From Eledone cirrhosa (lineage: Eukaryota), in NCBI GenBank assembly GCA_964016885.1, contig OZ024749.1, positions 41,602,001 through 41,666,000 on the forward strand: a stretch of DNA of 64,000 nt, written 5' to 3'. This document shows, one piece after another, positions 41,680 to 54,086 of the stretch. The first letter of the stretch is position 1. Each line of letters opens with the position of its first letter. The notes under the pieces were generated by a model. The model was not told where the DNA came from. It did not search any database and worked only from the letters and a program-made list of their open reading frames with translations. Position numbers and translations under genes: made by a program.

Positions 41680-42031
41680 TTTCACCATTATATATAGCCT
41701 AGGACAGAACAAAGGAGGGGCACAAAAACAAAGAAAAGAATCCCCAGTCACTGAAGAGGTCACAGAATGTGTGACGAAAGAACTTTGACAATATATAAAC
41801 AATCATCTGGTTGTGGAACCAACCAACCAACCGGAAATTTATAAATTCCTAAATTTATAAATTTATTATAATAATAAATTGAAATGAAAGCACTGGTGCG
41901 TGTGTTTCTTATTGGCAACATGACCCTCCCAAAGTATAACAATATCGGTTTCAACACACGATTTCAGATAAAGAATCTTGCTAAACAAATTCAGAAACGA
42001 AATATATATATATATATATATATATATCAAT

Positions 42032-42103
<72 letters not shown>

Positions 42104-42160
42104 TTCGAATACCTGATGATATCACCGGATTTACACAAGTCCAGCCTCCTGTCATTTCAT
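41680..42160. mobile_element. Penelope/retrozyme-like non-autonomous element
   Basis: + hammerhead at 41747 and - hammerhead-like CTGAAATCGTGTGTTGAAACCGATATTGTT at about 41938-41967; homologous pieces at about 16775-16900, 11465-11525 and 55890-56090; (TA)n flank. Confidence 0.55.
41747..41789 (+). ncRNA. Minimal hammerhead ribozyme
   Basis: GTCA-CTGAAGA-G-GTCACA(GAATG)TGTGAC-GAAA-GAAC-TT-TGAC; decayed paralog at 55915-55963. Confidence 0.6.
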
Positions 42161-42165
42161 TATAA

Positions 42166-42220
<55 letters not shown>

Positions 42221-42569
42221 TGAAACAGCAGAGACTGATTGAGAATATTGATGTAAAACTGATGATGGTAGTGATGATGATGGTGGTGATGGTGGTGGTG
42301 GTGATAGTGTTAGTGGTGATGGTGGTGATACAACACAGGAGTCTGATTGACAATATTGATTTAAATTGGTGGTGATGATGGTGGTGATGATGGTGATGGT
42401 AGTGATGGTGGTGATGGTGGTGATGATGATGATGGTGGTGATGATGGTGATGGTGGTGGTGATGGTGGTGATGATGAAACAGCACAAGAGACTGATTGAC
42501 AATATTGATGTAAAACTCCGAGCTAGAATCAATAGACTAACATTAACCAGGTTATTGTTACCTGTTTGT

Positions 42570-42955
42570 AACTGACCACCACCCTTCCTCCTTATCAGCT
42601 ATGTCCAGACTGACCCTCCACCCCCTTATCAGCTATGTCCAGACTGACCACCAAAGCCCACCCCTTATCACCTGTTGCCAGACTGACCACCTACACCCCC
42701 CCTTATCATCTATGTCCAGACTGACCACCAACACCACCCCTTATCATCTATGTCCAGACTGACCACCAACACCACCCCTTATCATCTACGACCAGATTGA
42801 CCACCAACCACTCCCCCTTATCTATGTCCAGACTGACCACCAAGGCCCACCCCTTATCTGTTGCAAGACTGACTACCAACATAACCCCTTAATCTATGTC
42901 CAGACTGACCACTTACACTTCCCCTTATCATCTACGACCAGACTGACCACCACCA
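42570..42955. repeat. ~38-bp minisatellite, about 10 units
   Basis: ccagactgaccacc..ccccttatcatctatgt. Confidence 0.85.
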
Positions 42956-43619
42956 CCACCATGTCTCATCATTTGTCTCCAGTTAAAGCCACCAAGCAAC
43001 CAGGTGTGCAAGTTAAACCTGGAAACAAATTAAATCTACCACCACCACCACCACCTTAATGGGACAGTGGAAAATGAACTCAGAAAAAAATACCACAAGG
43101 CATTTTGCCCTACGCTCTAACAATCTTGTCAATTCACCAAATGAAATAACAATACCAATGTATGCTGTACCCGGCAGAGTAGTATCGCTTTCTTTTAGAT
43201 GTTCAGTCATCAGGCTTCTAAACACTGAATCCCGAACCACCTACCCACCCACCACACTCCACCCACGAAAAAAAACAAACAAACAACTACTGATACTCCT
43301 CACCAAAAGTATTGCAGTGTTTCTAGATCCATCTGTTTCACAAAGAAACTGGCCAGAAACTTCTAGAAAACAGCCAAAATAAATTCCCAAGTGTCTGGCA
43401 AAATATTATTGCAGATTATTTTTAGTGGCTTAATTCAACATCTTCATCATAGAGAAAGCACCACCACCACCACCACCATCATCATCATCACCACCACCAC
43501 CAAACAGTGGAAACTACTTCATCTCAATAGACTATCACATGTGTTTATTAAAACAGCTTGTGAATGTACTTTCAAATCTACCCTATCTCTTTGTGTATAA
43601 TATAACCTTTGTATAATAC

Positions 43620-44030
43620 AACGTCTGTTTCTGAAGCTAAAAAACACCTGGAGTTCTGCACACCAGAGAGCGTTCTCCAACTCTAGCTGGGCTTGATAAC
43701 TGAGTACTCTTTAGTGCGTAGCTCTGAGATTATAGAGTCAATCCAGGTAGAGCCACTACTTCTCAGAATTGAGAGATTATAGCTCTGATACTATGGACAT
43801 GTAGTTAGAATGTCTCAAGAAAGAATCGCTGGACAGATTTTTACGGGCAAAACCAACCGGTAGACCCCTAGCAAGATGATTGAATAACATCCAAGAGCTT
43901 GGCTGGTCACATTTGGGGATCCAGCCAGATCAGTTGGAGACAGTTGCTTCTGACAGGACCTGCTGAAAGGAGTGTTTGAGGACTCTGCCCCCACGATCCA
44001 CCCAGGATTAAGTGGGCGAAGAAGAAGAAG
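43620..44030 (+). mobile_element. RTE-clade LINE 3' fragment
   Basis: Decayed VEPLLLRIER..YYGHVVRMSQERI..LETVASDR, followed by a (GAA)n tail. Confidence 0.7.
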
Positions 44031-44439
44031 CATACAATGGTTTAGAAAAAATTAAATCCTTGTGTATTTTCAACTCCTAGAGTACAGCCCTGTCTATGTA
44101 ATTTTTTTTGTATATTTATACCATGTTACCCATAAAATTTGGCTCTCTCTACAATATTCAGTTTCTCATATCATTAAAGAATGCAAAGCAACTGGATATT
44201 TAGCATTTTAGAAACAAGTATTATCAACATGCATTTACAATCGTGTCATTTGAAATGACTATTTTTAAGGCCAGTAAAATTTTCTGAAAATGTGTACTTG
44301 TGTATAAGACCCTGCTTTTTAACTCTTAATTTTAGTTTAAAATGCTAAATATCATACACAAGAAATGATGGTAACAACACTTTTTAACAGTTATCAATTT
44401 TCTTTGAAGTGGAGCAAAGTAGAAAAATAAAGAATTTAG

Positions 44440-44725
44440 AACCAACTACTTTGAGCTAGGATCAAGAGACGCTAGGATCAAGAGACATTAGAATACCAGT
44501 CCATTACTAGGGTGGTGTTAATCTTCTAAATTACATACAACATAAATCTGTTCTTAGTGAAATAGACCAACAACTTTGAGATAGGATCAAGAGAAATTAG
44601 TATACCAGTCCACTACTAGGGTAGTGCTTTATCTTCTAAATTACACACAACATGAATTTGTTCTTAGTGTAATAAAGCAACAACTTTGAGTTGAGCTAGG
44701 ATCAAGAGACATTAGTATACCAGTT
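44440..44725. repeat. ~120-bp tandem duplication
   Basis: ctttgagctaggatcaagaga..taccagt occurs three times. Confidence 0.7.
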
Positions 44726-45069
44726 GAGGTATTAAGAATCTACTTTCAGTTTTGCCACAATAGTGTTAATATCACCACATCTAAGTGATCACTAACACCA
44801 TCAACTATCAGGTTTCTCATAAATTCCAATATTTTGTTAGAAAACACAGGAAATGAAGAGTAAATGTTCCATTATCCTCATTTATAATGCTTAAACATGA
44901 TGAATGTTGCTGCTACAGCTTACTGTTAGCTACTTAACTGTGTAATAAGTGAGTCTCCAGGTTTACTCAACTGCTAGAAATAGCAACCAAATTTCCTTTA
45001 AATCACTACCCTACCAACTATTAAAAATATGTACACATTATACACGTCTGTGTGTGAATGTGTGTGTAT

Positions 45070-45580
45070 GTCATCATTTTATGCCTGCTTTTCCATGCCT
45101 GCATGGGTTGGATACAGGTCCTTTTCAACACTCATTGTGATCTTTAACAATTTAAGATCAGCTCTCACGACTTTCACCCAGGTCTTCTTTGGTCTTCCTT
45201 CCACTGGGGTTTCTTCACACGTGATCATCATCCATGTGCATCACATCACACGTGATCATCATCCATGTGCATCACATCACACGTGATCATCATCCATGTG
45301 CATCACATCACACGTGATCATCATCCATGTGCACCACATCACACGTGATCAGCATCCATGTGCATCACATGTCCATACCAGTGCGGTCTTCTCCCTGCAC
45401 ACAGAATCTGATTCCTCTTATACTTATTTTCTCTCTCATCTCAGTTCTTCCATGCTTTGTCATCCACACACAAACATTGCACATCCATTGAAGCATGCAC
45501 ACTTCGTTTCTCTGCAGTCACAGCCCATGTTTCACTACCAAGCAGCATTGCACATCACACACAAGCTTCTTACAGCTGAC
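45070..45580 (-). mobile_element. RTE-clade LINE 3' fragment with an internal 28-bp tandem expansion
   Basis: Homologous to 39988-40361; unit cacatcacacgtgatcatcatccatgtg repeated about 5 times at 45215-45370. Confidence 0.6.
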
Positions 45581-45809
45581 CTTTTGTATGTGTACACGCA
45601 CATACATCTGTGACTGTATTTATGTCCTGCAACATAACAGTTCAACAAAAAGAGGAAAATATAATAAGTACGAAGCTTGAAAATATATGTGCAGGTATTG
45701 ATTTGAATGGGTAAAAATGGGGGTGCCTCCAGCATGGCCACAGTTCAATGACTGAAACCTGTAAAAGAATACATGAATGTATATGCAAGCAGGTCCGAGC
45801 AAATCTGAT

Positions 45810-47430
45810 AAGTCCAGGCCACATCAAAGCTGGTAATAGGTTCAGGCCAGATGTGAAATACAGACCACATCAAAGCTGGTAATAGGTTCAGGCCAGATGT
45901 GAAATACAGACCACATCAAAGCTGGTAATAGGTTCAGGCCAGATGTGAAATATAGACTACATCAATGCTGGTAATAGGTTCAGGCCAAATGTGAAATACA
46001 GACCACATCAAAGCTGGTAATAGGTTCAGGCCAGATGTGAAATACAGACCACATCAAAGCTGGTAATAGGTTCAGGCCAGATGTGAAATATAGACCACAT
46101 CAATGCTGGTAATAGGTTCAGGCCAGATGTGAAATATAGACTACATCAAAACTGGTAATAGGTTCAGGCCAGATGTGAAATATAGACTACATCAAAACTG
46201 GTAATAGGTTCAGGCCAGATGTGAAATATAGACTACATCAATGCTGGTAATAGGTTCAGGCCAGATGTGAAATATAGACCACATCAAAGCTGGTAATAAG
46301 TCCAGGCCAGATGTGAAATATAGACCACATCAAAGCTGGTAATAGGTCCAGGCCAGATGTGAAATACAAACCACATCAAAGCTGGTAATAGGTCCAGGCC
46401 AGATGTGAAATATAGACCACACCAAAGCTGGTAATAGGTTCGGGCCAGATGTGAAATACAGACCACATCAAAGCTGGTAATAGGTCCAGGCCAGATGTGA
46501 AATATTGACCACACCAAAGCTGGTAATAGGTTCGGGCCAGATGTGAAATATAGACCACATCAAAGCTGGTAATAGGTCCAGGCCAGATGTGAAATACAAA
46601 CCACATCAAAGCTGGTAATAGGTCCAGGCCAGATGTGAAATATAGACCACACCAAAGCTGGTAATAGGTTCGGGCCAGATGTGAAATACAGACCACATCA
46701 AAGCTGGTAATAGGTTCGGGCCAGATGTGAAATATAGACCACATCAAAGCTGGTAATAGGTTCGGGCCAGATGTGAAATATAGACCACACCAAAGCTGGT
46801 AATAGGTTCGGGCCAGATGTGAAATACAGACCACATCAAAGCTGGTAATAGGTCCAGGCCAGATGTGAAATACAAACCACATCAAAGCTGGTAATAGGTC
46901 CAGGCCAGATGTGAAATATAGACCACACCAAAGCTGGTAATAGGTTCGGGCCAGATGTGAAATACAGACCACATCAAAGCTGGTAATAGGTTCGGGCCAG
47001 ATGTGAAATACAGACCACATCAAAGCTGGTAATAGGTCCAGGCCAGATGTGAAATATAGACCACATCAAAGCTGGTAATAGGTTCGGGCCAGATGTGAAA
47101 TACAGACCACATCAAAGCTGGTAATAGGTTCGGGCCAGATGTGAAATACAGAGCCACACCAAAGCTGGTAATAGGTCCAGGCCAGATGTAAAATATTGGT
47201 CCCAGTAAAGCTAGTAATAGGTCCAGGCCAGATGTGAAATATAGACCACATCAAAGCTGGTAATAGGTCCAGGCCAGATGCGAAATACAGACCTCATCAA
47301 AACTGGTAATAGGTCCAGGCCAGATGTGAAATATAGACCACATCAAAGCTGGTAATAAGTTCAGGCCAGATGTGAGGTGTAGGCCAACAAAGATGGTTCT
47401 AAGTCCAGACCAGATGTGAAATATAGGCTG
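45810..47430. repeat. 46-bp minisatellite, about 35 copies
   Basis: Unit GCTGGTAATAGGTTCAGGCCAGATGTGAAATACAGACCACATCAAA; decayed inverted relatives at about 21370-21680 and 9880-9980. Confidence 0.95.
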
Positions 47431-48032
47431 TCAAAGCATCTCACAGGCCCAGGCCCAAATGTCCCTTCCAAGCTATACAGGCAAACTTATGCATGTATAC
47501 ATATACATACATGATGATGATTTATATGTGATTTTGTGTATGAGTGTGTATATATATATAACCTTTTTGAAATATTTACTTCTGCGTTCACAGATTGATT
47601 TTTTTAGTTTCAGAAGATCTCCTTAAGGGTGAAAGCAGCGATTCTTTGCTTAAATTTTAATATGTTATTTTAATATATATAATTATATATTCGTGTACAG
47701 ATATTTTTGCATACACAATAACAAAATATAAACAAACGTATTTATTTCACGAGGCTCGATAAGAATAAATATATATCAAATATATAAGAACCCTAGAGCA
47801 AATCCCGAACAACGCCGGGCCATTCTGCTAGTATATATATAAAATAGGTACATGTTCCACCAACTAAATAGGTTGGTGTCAGAAAGGGCATCCAGGTGTA
47901 GAATTCTACCTCAGAGAGACCCATCCAACCCATACCAGCATGGAAAAGCGGATGTAAAAACCATGATGATATGTTTATATATGTATAATGTATGCACAAA
48001 TAAATGTTCACATGTGCACACGTCTGCAGACC

Positions 48033-48066
<34 letters not shown>

Positions 48067-48519
48067 TACATACGCATCTTTGTATATAACCGAGCAGTAC
48101 ATAAGCATATATATAGAATTGCATCAATACAAGTTAGTACACATACCCTCATGTACACGCACACATGCATACTCACATGCACACAGGCATATAGACACAC
48201 AAATAATCTACAGAATCCTGTAACATATATGCATCTCAGTGTTGTGTTAGTATACATTACCGTGTTTGTGTACGTGTGGGTGGATGAAGAGTGTGTGTGT
48301 GTGTGTACGTGTACGTCAGTATGTTTATGTAAGCCACTACGTACACATATATATATATCCACATGGACGCATATATATATAATTATATATGAATGTATGT
48401 ATATACACATGGACGTATATATATATATATGTATCTATATATACATGGACGCATGTATGTGTGTATATATATTATATATATATATATATATATGTTTGTG
48501 AGTGTGTGAACATAGCGAT

Positions 48520-49158
48520 GTTTGCCAACATGTGTGGGCGGCGACTGGCGGTGCGGGGGTCGGGAGGGGTGCAAAGGAAGTGCGCTGCTGTGTCTGACAC
48601 TGGAAGTTAAAGTAACAGCACATTTCCTACTCCTCCTATTACCACCACTAGCCACCTTTTTTACCTCCGCCTCCTCCTCTATCTCAGCTGGTCTTCGGGG
48701 CAAACCACACACACACACACACACACATACACACACATACACACAGAAGCCGTCGCCGCCACCGCCTCACACAGCAACAACAGCAGCAATTAGTCTATCG
48801 GAGAGGAAGGGAAAGAAAAAGATGCTGGAGAAGCTGGCAAGTACCATCTCTCAGAGAAGGTGGGAGCTGGTTAGGAGAGAGAGAGGGGGCGGTTGTGTGG
48901 AGAGAGAGGGTGTGTGGAGAGCAAGATGTATGTGGAGAGAGAAAGATAGCGAGGGTGTGTGTGTGGAGAGAGCGAGGGTGTGAGTCGATAGAAGGACTGC
49001 ACGGCTAGCTAGAACTTTTGTCTGTCTGTCTAACACACAGTGAGACATAAGTGCAAGAATTAGATAGAGAAAAAGAAAGAGAGAAACATCTACATAGACA
49101 GACGAATACCCAAATAAATAGTTAAATATTTGGGTATCTATCTATCATCCATCCATGG

Positions 49159-49199
<41 letters not shown>

Positions 49200-51260
49200 T
49201 GGATACCCAGATAGATAGAGAGATAAACGAGAGTGTAAGGGTAGCTTCACAACACACAGAAATAACATGCCAACACACTGCGAAGCCATTACTTCTGACC
49301 AGCTTGTACACTGTATATGTAATATATGTTATGTATTGTATTGTATTAATATATAAATATTCGTAAACAGGACCTTGCCGTACTACTACTACAACTATAC
49401 ATAAACACGTACGTACATACACCGAACACACTGCCCCAACACGTAATAAAGATGCATACATATATACATACATGCATACACACACACAGACCTCGAAAAA
49501 GCGAGAACTATCAATTTTGATAGTATTAAGGTTACTACTACTACTACTACTACTACTAAGAAACTAGTAAGAATCTAAGTCCGGTGGAGTTTGCAATTAA
49601 CAGAAACCAAATAAAATAAAAATGATGATGATGGTGATGCTATTGTTAGTGGTGGTGAAAGTATTAATGATTGTCGCGGTGGTGGTGGTGCTGGATGTAT
49701 TAATGACTCCGGTGTGATGATGGTGGTGGTGTTGGATATATTAATGACTCCCGTGTGATGATGGTGGTGGTGTTGGATATATTGATGACGATAGTGGGAT
49801 GGTAATAGTGGTGGAGATGATGGTGGTGGTGGCTGATGTAATGATGACGATGGGATGGTGGTGATGATAATGGTGCTGTTGTTGTTGATGGTGGAGATGA
49901 GGGGGGATGTGGTGGTGAAGATGGTAGTAGTGAATGAGGTGGTGACGGTGAAAATAAAGGGAAAATAGAGTAGCGAAATTACGAACGGAGAGAGATAGAT
50001 AGAGAGAGAGACCAGCAGTCAGTGTCTCGAAGGAATGGTTAAGATGATGGTAATGTTGGTGGTGGCGGTAGTGATGATGATGGTAGGGGTGATAGTATTG
50101 GTAGTGTTTGTGTTAGTGGTGGTGATAGCATAAGTTAGTGTTAATGGTGGTAGAGTGATAGTATAGGTTAGTGTTAGTAGTAGTGGTGGTGAGGTAATAG
50201 TATAGGTTAGTGTTAGTGGTGATGGTGGTAGCCTAGGTTAGTGCTAGTAGTGGTGATAATAACGATTTTGGTTGCGGTACAAATTAGTGTCAATAATGTT
50301 GATTTGTCTACCCTACAAACACACACACACACACATGCATATATATATACATACACTCATGCACATATAAACACTCACACATACACACACACATATATAT
50401 GTACATACATACACACACAGCATGGCAATTTAGAATACAGAAAAGTCGGTACTTCTCCCTCCCTCCCTATCTATCTATCTATCTCTCTCTAGCTCTCTCC
50501 CGCCACAAGACAATCTAGGTACAACGAGTGAGAGATGGGTGGAGGTAATGTGCCTGTCTATCTATCTGTCTTTCTCCCTTACACACACATATACACACAG
50601 ATACACACCTCATCACTATCTCGGCCAGCCAGCTTCGTTCGCTCCAGAAGAGAACGAGAGTAATGATGGGTCATGGAAGTGATTGTACGGTAAGGTGGAT
50701 AAATAGGTGGCTGGCTGGCTGGATGGTAGAGGTCGCTGAAGGAATTGAAAAAAAAGGCATGAACGTCACAACAGCACCTGGTGTGGGGGGAGAAAGAAAG
50801 AAAGAGGGAGAGAGAGATTCGGTGCTTTACTTACCTCGACAGGGAAATATTTCTAACGTAGAAGCATTTGTTTGGGCTCCTCCGGCAATGAGTGTATGAG
50901 TAAGCCATGGAAGAAGGAAGGAAAGACGGAGAGTAAGAGAGAGAGTGAGTGAGGGTTAGAAAGAAAAAGACAGAGAGCAAGTGTGAGAGGAAGAGAAGGA
51001 GGAGGGGGAACATCTGTTAACAGATGAAGTCAGTTTTCTAACGAGGGAGTTATAGGTGGAGGTGAAATGAAGGGGTGTGATGTGTTTAGGCTGGGCGGAG
51101 GTGTATGTGTGTGTACGTATGTATAAATGCATGCATGCACGTGTGTTGTGTAAGTATGTGTGTGTGTGTGTGTGTGTGCTTATATCTAAGGGTATATATA
51201 TGCTTGCACGTGTATGTGATATTAGTATATGTCTATATAGTTATACAACAGTGCGTAATG

Positions 51261-51303
<43 letters not shown>

Positions 51304-52500
51304 GTTGTAAAGACAACCGTACACAGAGGTATATAACACAACACTAGAACAAACACACATACAGGCAGACGAATTTTTAAAGAGTTTTTAAGCTATACAT
51401 ACAATTTTTTAAACAATAACTTGAAGGTAGACATTTCTTTCTTTATAACAAAACAACCGCAGCGATTAAGACATACACACACAAACATATATATAATTAT
51501 TCCATTGCCAAAGGTTTCAGGAAACTAGACGATCTTAACAGAAACGTCCAGTACGCTCATTTATATATATAAGGAAAGAATAAAAATCGAAGAAATATTT
51601 CAAAATTATTTCTAAGACAGATTGATAGAAAGACAAAGAGAGAGGAAGAAAAGCTTACTTAATACTGTTTCCCCCCTTCTTCTTCGTCTCCTCCTCTTTT
51701 CTTCCAAAACACTGGCAGGTCGAACGAGAGGGCCCCCACTTCTAAAATCCCAACTACATGTGTAAGAAGACGCCCTTCCAAACCATCACAAGCGCCTGTC
51801 CGTGGCCGGGTTTGACCTGGTCTGCTTTCTTCTTCTCTCCATGAACTTAAACTGCTGACTTTTGTCTTGAGTGGAGCAGAGTTTGGGAGTGGCAGACAGG
51901 CAAGCAGGCAGCAGAACAGCCAAAGCCAAGCAGATAAGTAAAAGTCTTGGAGAATGGACGAAGACGACGAGAATGACGGGACGATGGACGGCTGTGGAGT
52001 AGGGTGGTGGAGGACAGGGGCGGGGGAAATTGGGTGGATAGAGGGAAGGGTGGTAGAGTGAAGTGGAAATTTATTCTCGCAGGCCGAGAGGGGGAGGGGA
52101 GGCTGGTGGTAGTTGATTGTAGAGGGTTGGGTGGATGGATGAAATGGTTGGAGTGCAGATTGATCTCTTAGGCCGGTGGAGTGAAATAGAGAGGGAAAGA
52201 GTTAGTGGTGGTAGTGACGGGGGGAGTGGAATGGAGTTGGTCTTGTATGCCGGCGAAGAGAGAGAGATAGATAAAGAGAGAGAGAGAAAAAGAAAGAGTT
52301 AGTGGTGGTAGTTAAGAGAGGGTGGAGCGGAGATTGGTTTCGCAAGCTGGGGAGGAAAGATAGATATATATATATAGAGAGAGAGAGAGGAATGATAGTG
52401 GTAGTTATATATATATTAGTGTAAGAAAGACGAGGAGTTCGGGGGGGGGGGGGGGGAGAACGACAGAACCAAAGCCTGGCAGACTTCACCGTAGGTCATA
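48520..52500 (-). promoter_or_regulatory. Putative internal or alternative promoter region with candidate 5'-UTR exons
   Basis: CpG/GC-enriched patches with (CT)n/(GA)n runs and no SINEs seen; consensus donors GAG|GTAAGT (exon end 50835) and TAA|GTAAGC (exon end 51659); CAG acceptor before 51013. Confidence 0.35.
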
Positions 52501-52676
52501 CTACCTACCTAAACATATACATATCCCATCAATCAAATGTAGTAGTAATAGTGGTAGTGCTACTACTACTACTATCACTACCACCACCGCGACTACCACC
52601 ATTACTACTAATACTAATACTACCACACCATCAGTACTACTATTACCACCACTATTATTACTACTACCACCATCAG

Positions 52677-52708
<32 letters not shown>

Positions 52709-53576
52709 TCAATACTACTATTACCACCACCACTACTACTATTACCACTACTACTACTACTACCACCACCACTACCAGTACTACTACCACTACCACTTCT
52801 ACTACTACCACGAACATAAACCTCCAAAATTCAAGTACGATTATGATTATTATTATTATATTCTGAGTTCAAATTTTGCCAAGGTCAATTTTGCCTTTCA
52901 TACTTTCGGGATCGATAAAATAAAGTACCAGTAATGCAATTGGGTTTATTGCTGGCCTTGTGCCAAAAGTAGAAACATTATTATTATTATTATTATGTAT
53001 GTGTAAAGTAGTGAACAATATGCTTTGTGGTATCTGTTCACTGCTCTTTATGTTCTGAGTTCAAATCCCACCAAAAACAAACTTCTTTCTAGGGTTGATA
53101 TAACTGGCTACCACCACCTACCTGATCCTTGTTTCTAAATTACAAACGGATTTATGATCTGTGTTCAAATCCTGCCAAGGTTAGCTTTGCCTTTCATCCT
53201 TACAGGGGTCAACCAATCAAGCACCAGTAATGCACTTGGGTCGATTTAATCGACCCCCCCCCCCCCCTTCAAATTGCTGACCTTGTGCCTAAAGTAGAAA
53301 CAATTATTATTGTAATCAAATCTGAAGGATTGGTAGAATTGTTAGCTCGTCATTCTGAGTTCAAATCCCACTGATGTCAACTTTACCTCTCATTCTTTCA
53401 GGGACTTAACAAACCCTTTCCCCTAAATTTCTACCTATGTGTTCTATTTTAGAAACAATTATTGGGAGGTCCTTAATATTGTGGCTTAACTCTTAACATC
53501 CTGTAATGATTTACTAGAAAATATTTAAAAACAGGTTTGTTAAATCTAATGCTTATAGTATCTTTATTAGTAGACA

Positions 53577-54086
53577 AGAGAGGCGGTGTTTCTGTGCGTA
53601 ATAGCCATGGCGAAAGAGGTTGTATGGTGGACGCGTCTGAAAGGACTGAAGTCAGACACCTTTCTCTCTGGCCAACAACTGGTCCGTTTCTTCCGATATC
53701 ATTTCGGAAGAAGGATCAGGATGGAGAGAGAGGTGCTGCACCCCAGCCGTTTTTATGAAAGATGGGTGAAAGTGGCGAGAATGGCCCATGTGAATGGGCC
53801 TTCACTCTACATCAGACTATAGGTGAGGAAGATAAAAGACCAAGGGAGCACCCCTTCTCTGTGCTCCTGAGGAGAAGGTTGCACACTTTTTTTCGGGGGT
53901 GTGTGCGACCCCCCAAGGCGCCTCCTCTCTATTGAGGACTTTGTTATAAATTTTATTTTTTGTTATATTTTATTTTATTTTTATATATTGTTATTGCCTC
54001 CTCCTTATTGAGGACGCCTTGTTTTGTAAACTCCCCCCATTGTACTTGTCCCACTTTTGATGCCCTGGTGGCAAATAAAAGAAACA
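53577..54086 (+). mobile_element. 5'-truncated L1/Tx1-like LINE with an 18-bp target-site duplication
   Basis: ORF2-like end (IAMAKEVVWWTRLK...FYERWVKVARM), 3' UTR, AATAAA and a short A-rich tail; TSD TATCTTTATTAGTAGACA at 53559-53576 and 54087-54104. Confidence 0.8.

Noticed and set aside
42100-42135. CTGATGA at about 42113 as a + strand hammerhead
   Set aside because: No downstream GAAA or stems on +; the - strand reading (CCGGTGA..GAAA) has two core changes and is truncated by (TA)n.
45810-47430. CRISPR-like regular array and 215-aa repetitive ORF
   Set aside because: Head-to-tail units without unique spacers, no cas genes, eukaryotic intron; the ORF is a by-product of the repeat.
48383-48983. 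119-153 aa ORFs as a DGK N-terminal coding exon
   Set aside because: Bounded by microsatellites, no convincing donor and no PH-domain similarity; kept only as part of the putative promoter zone.
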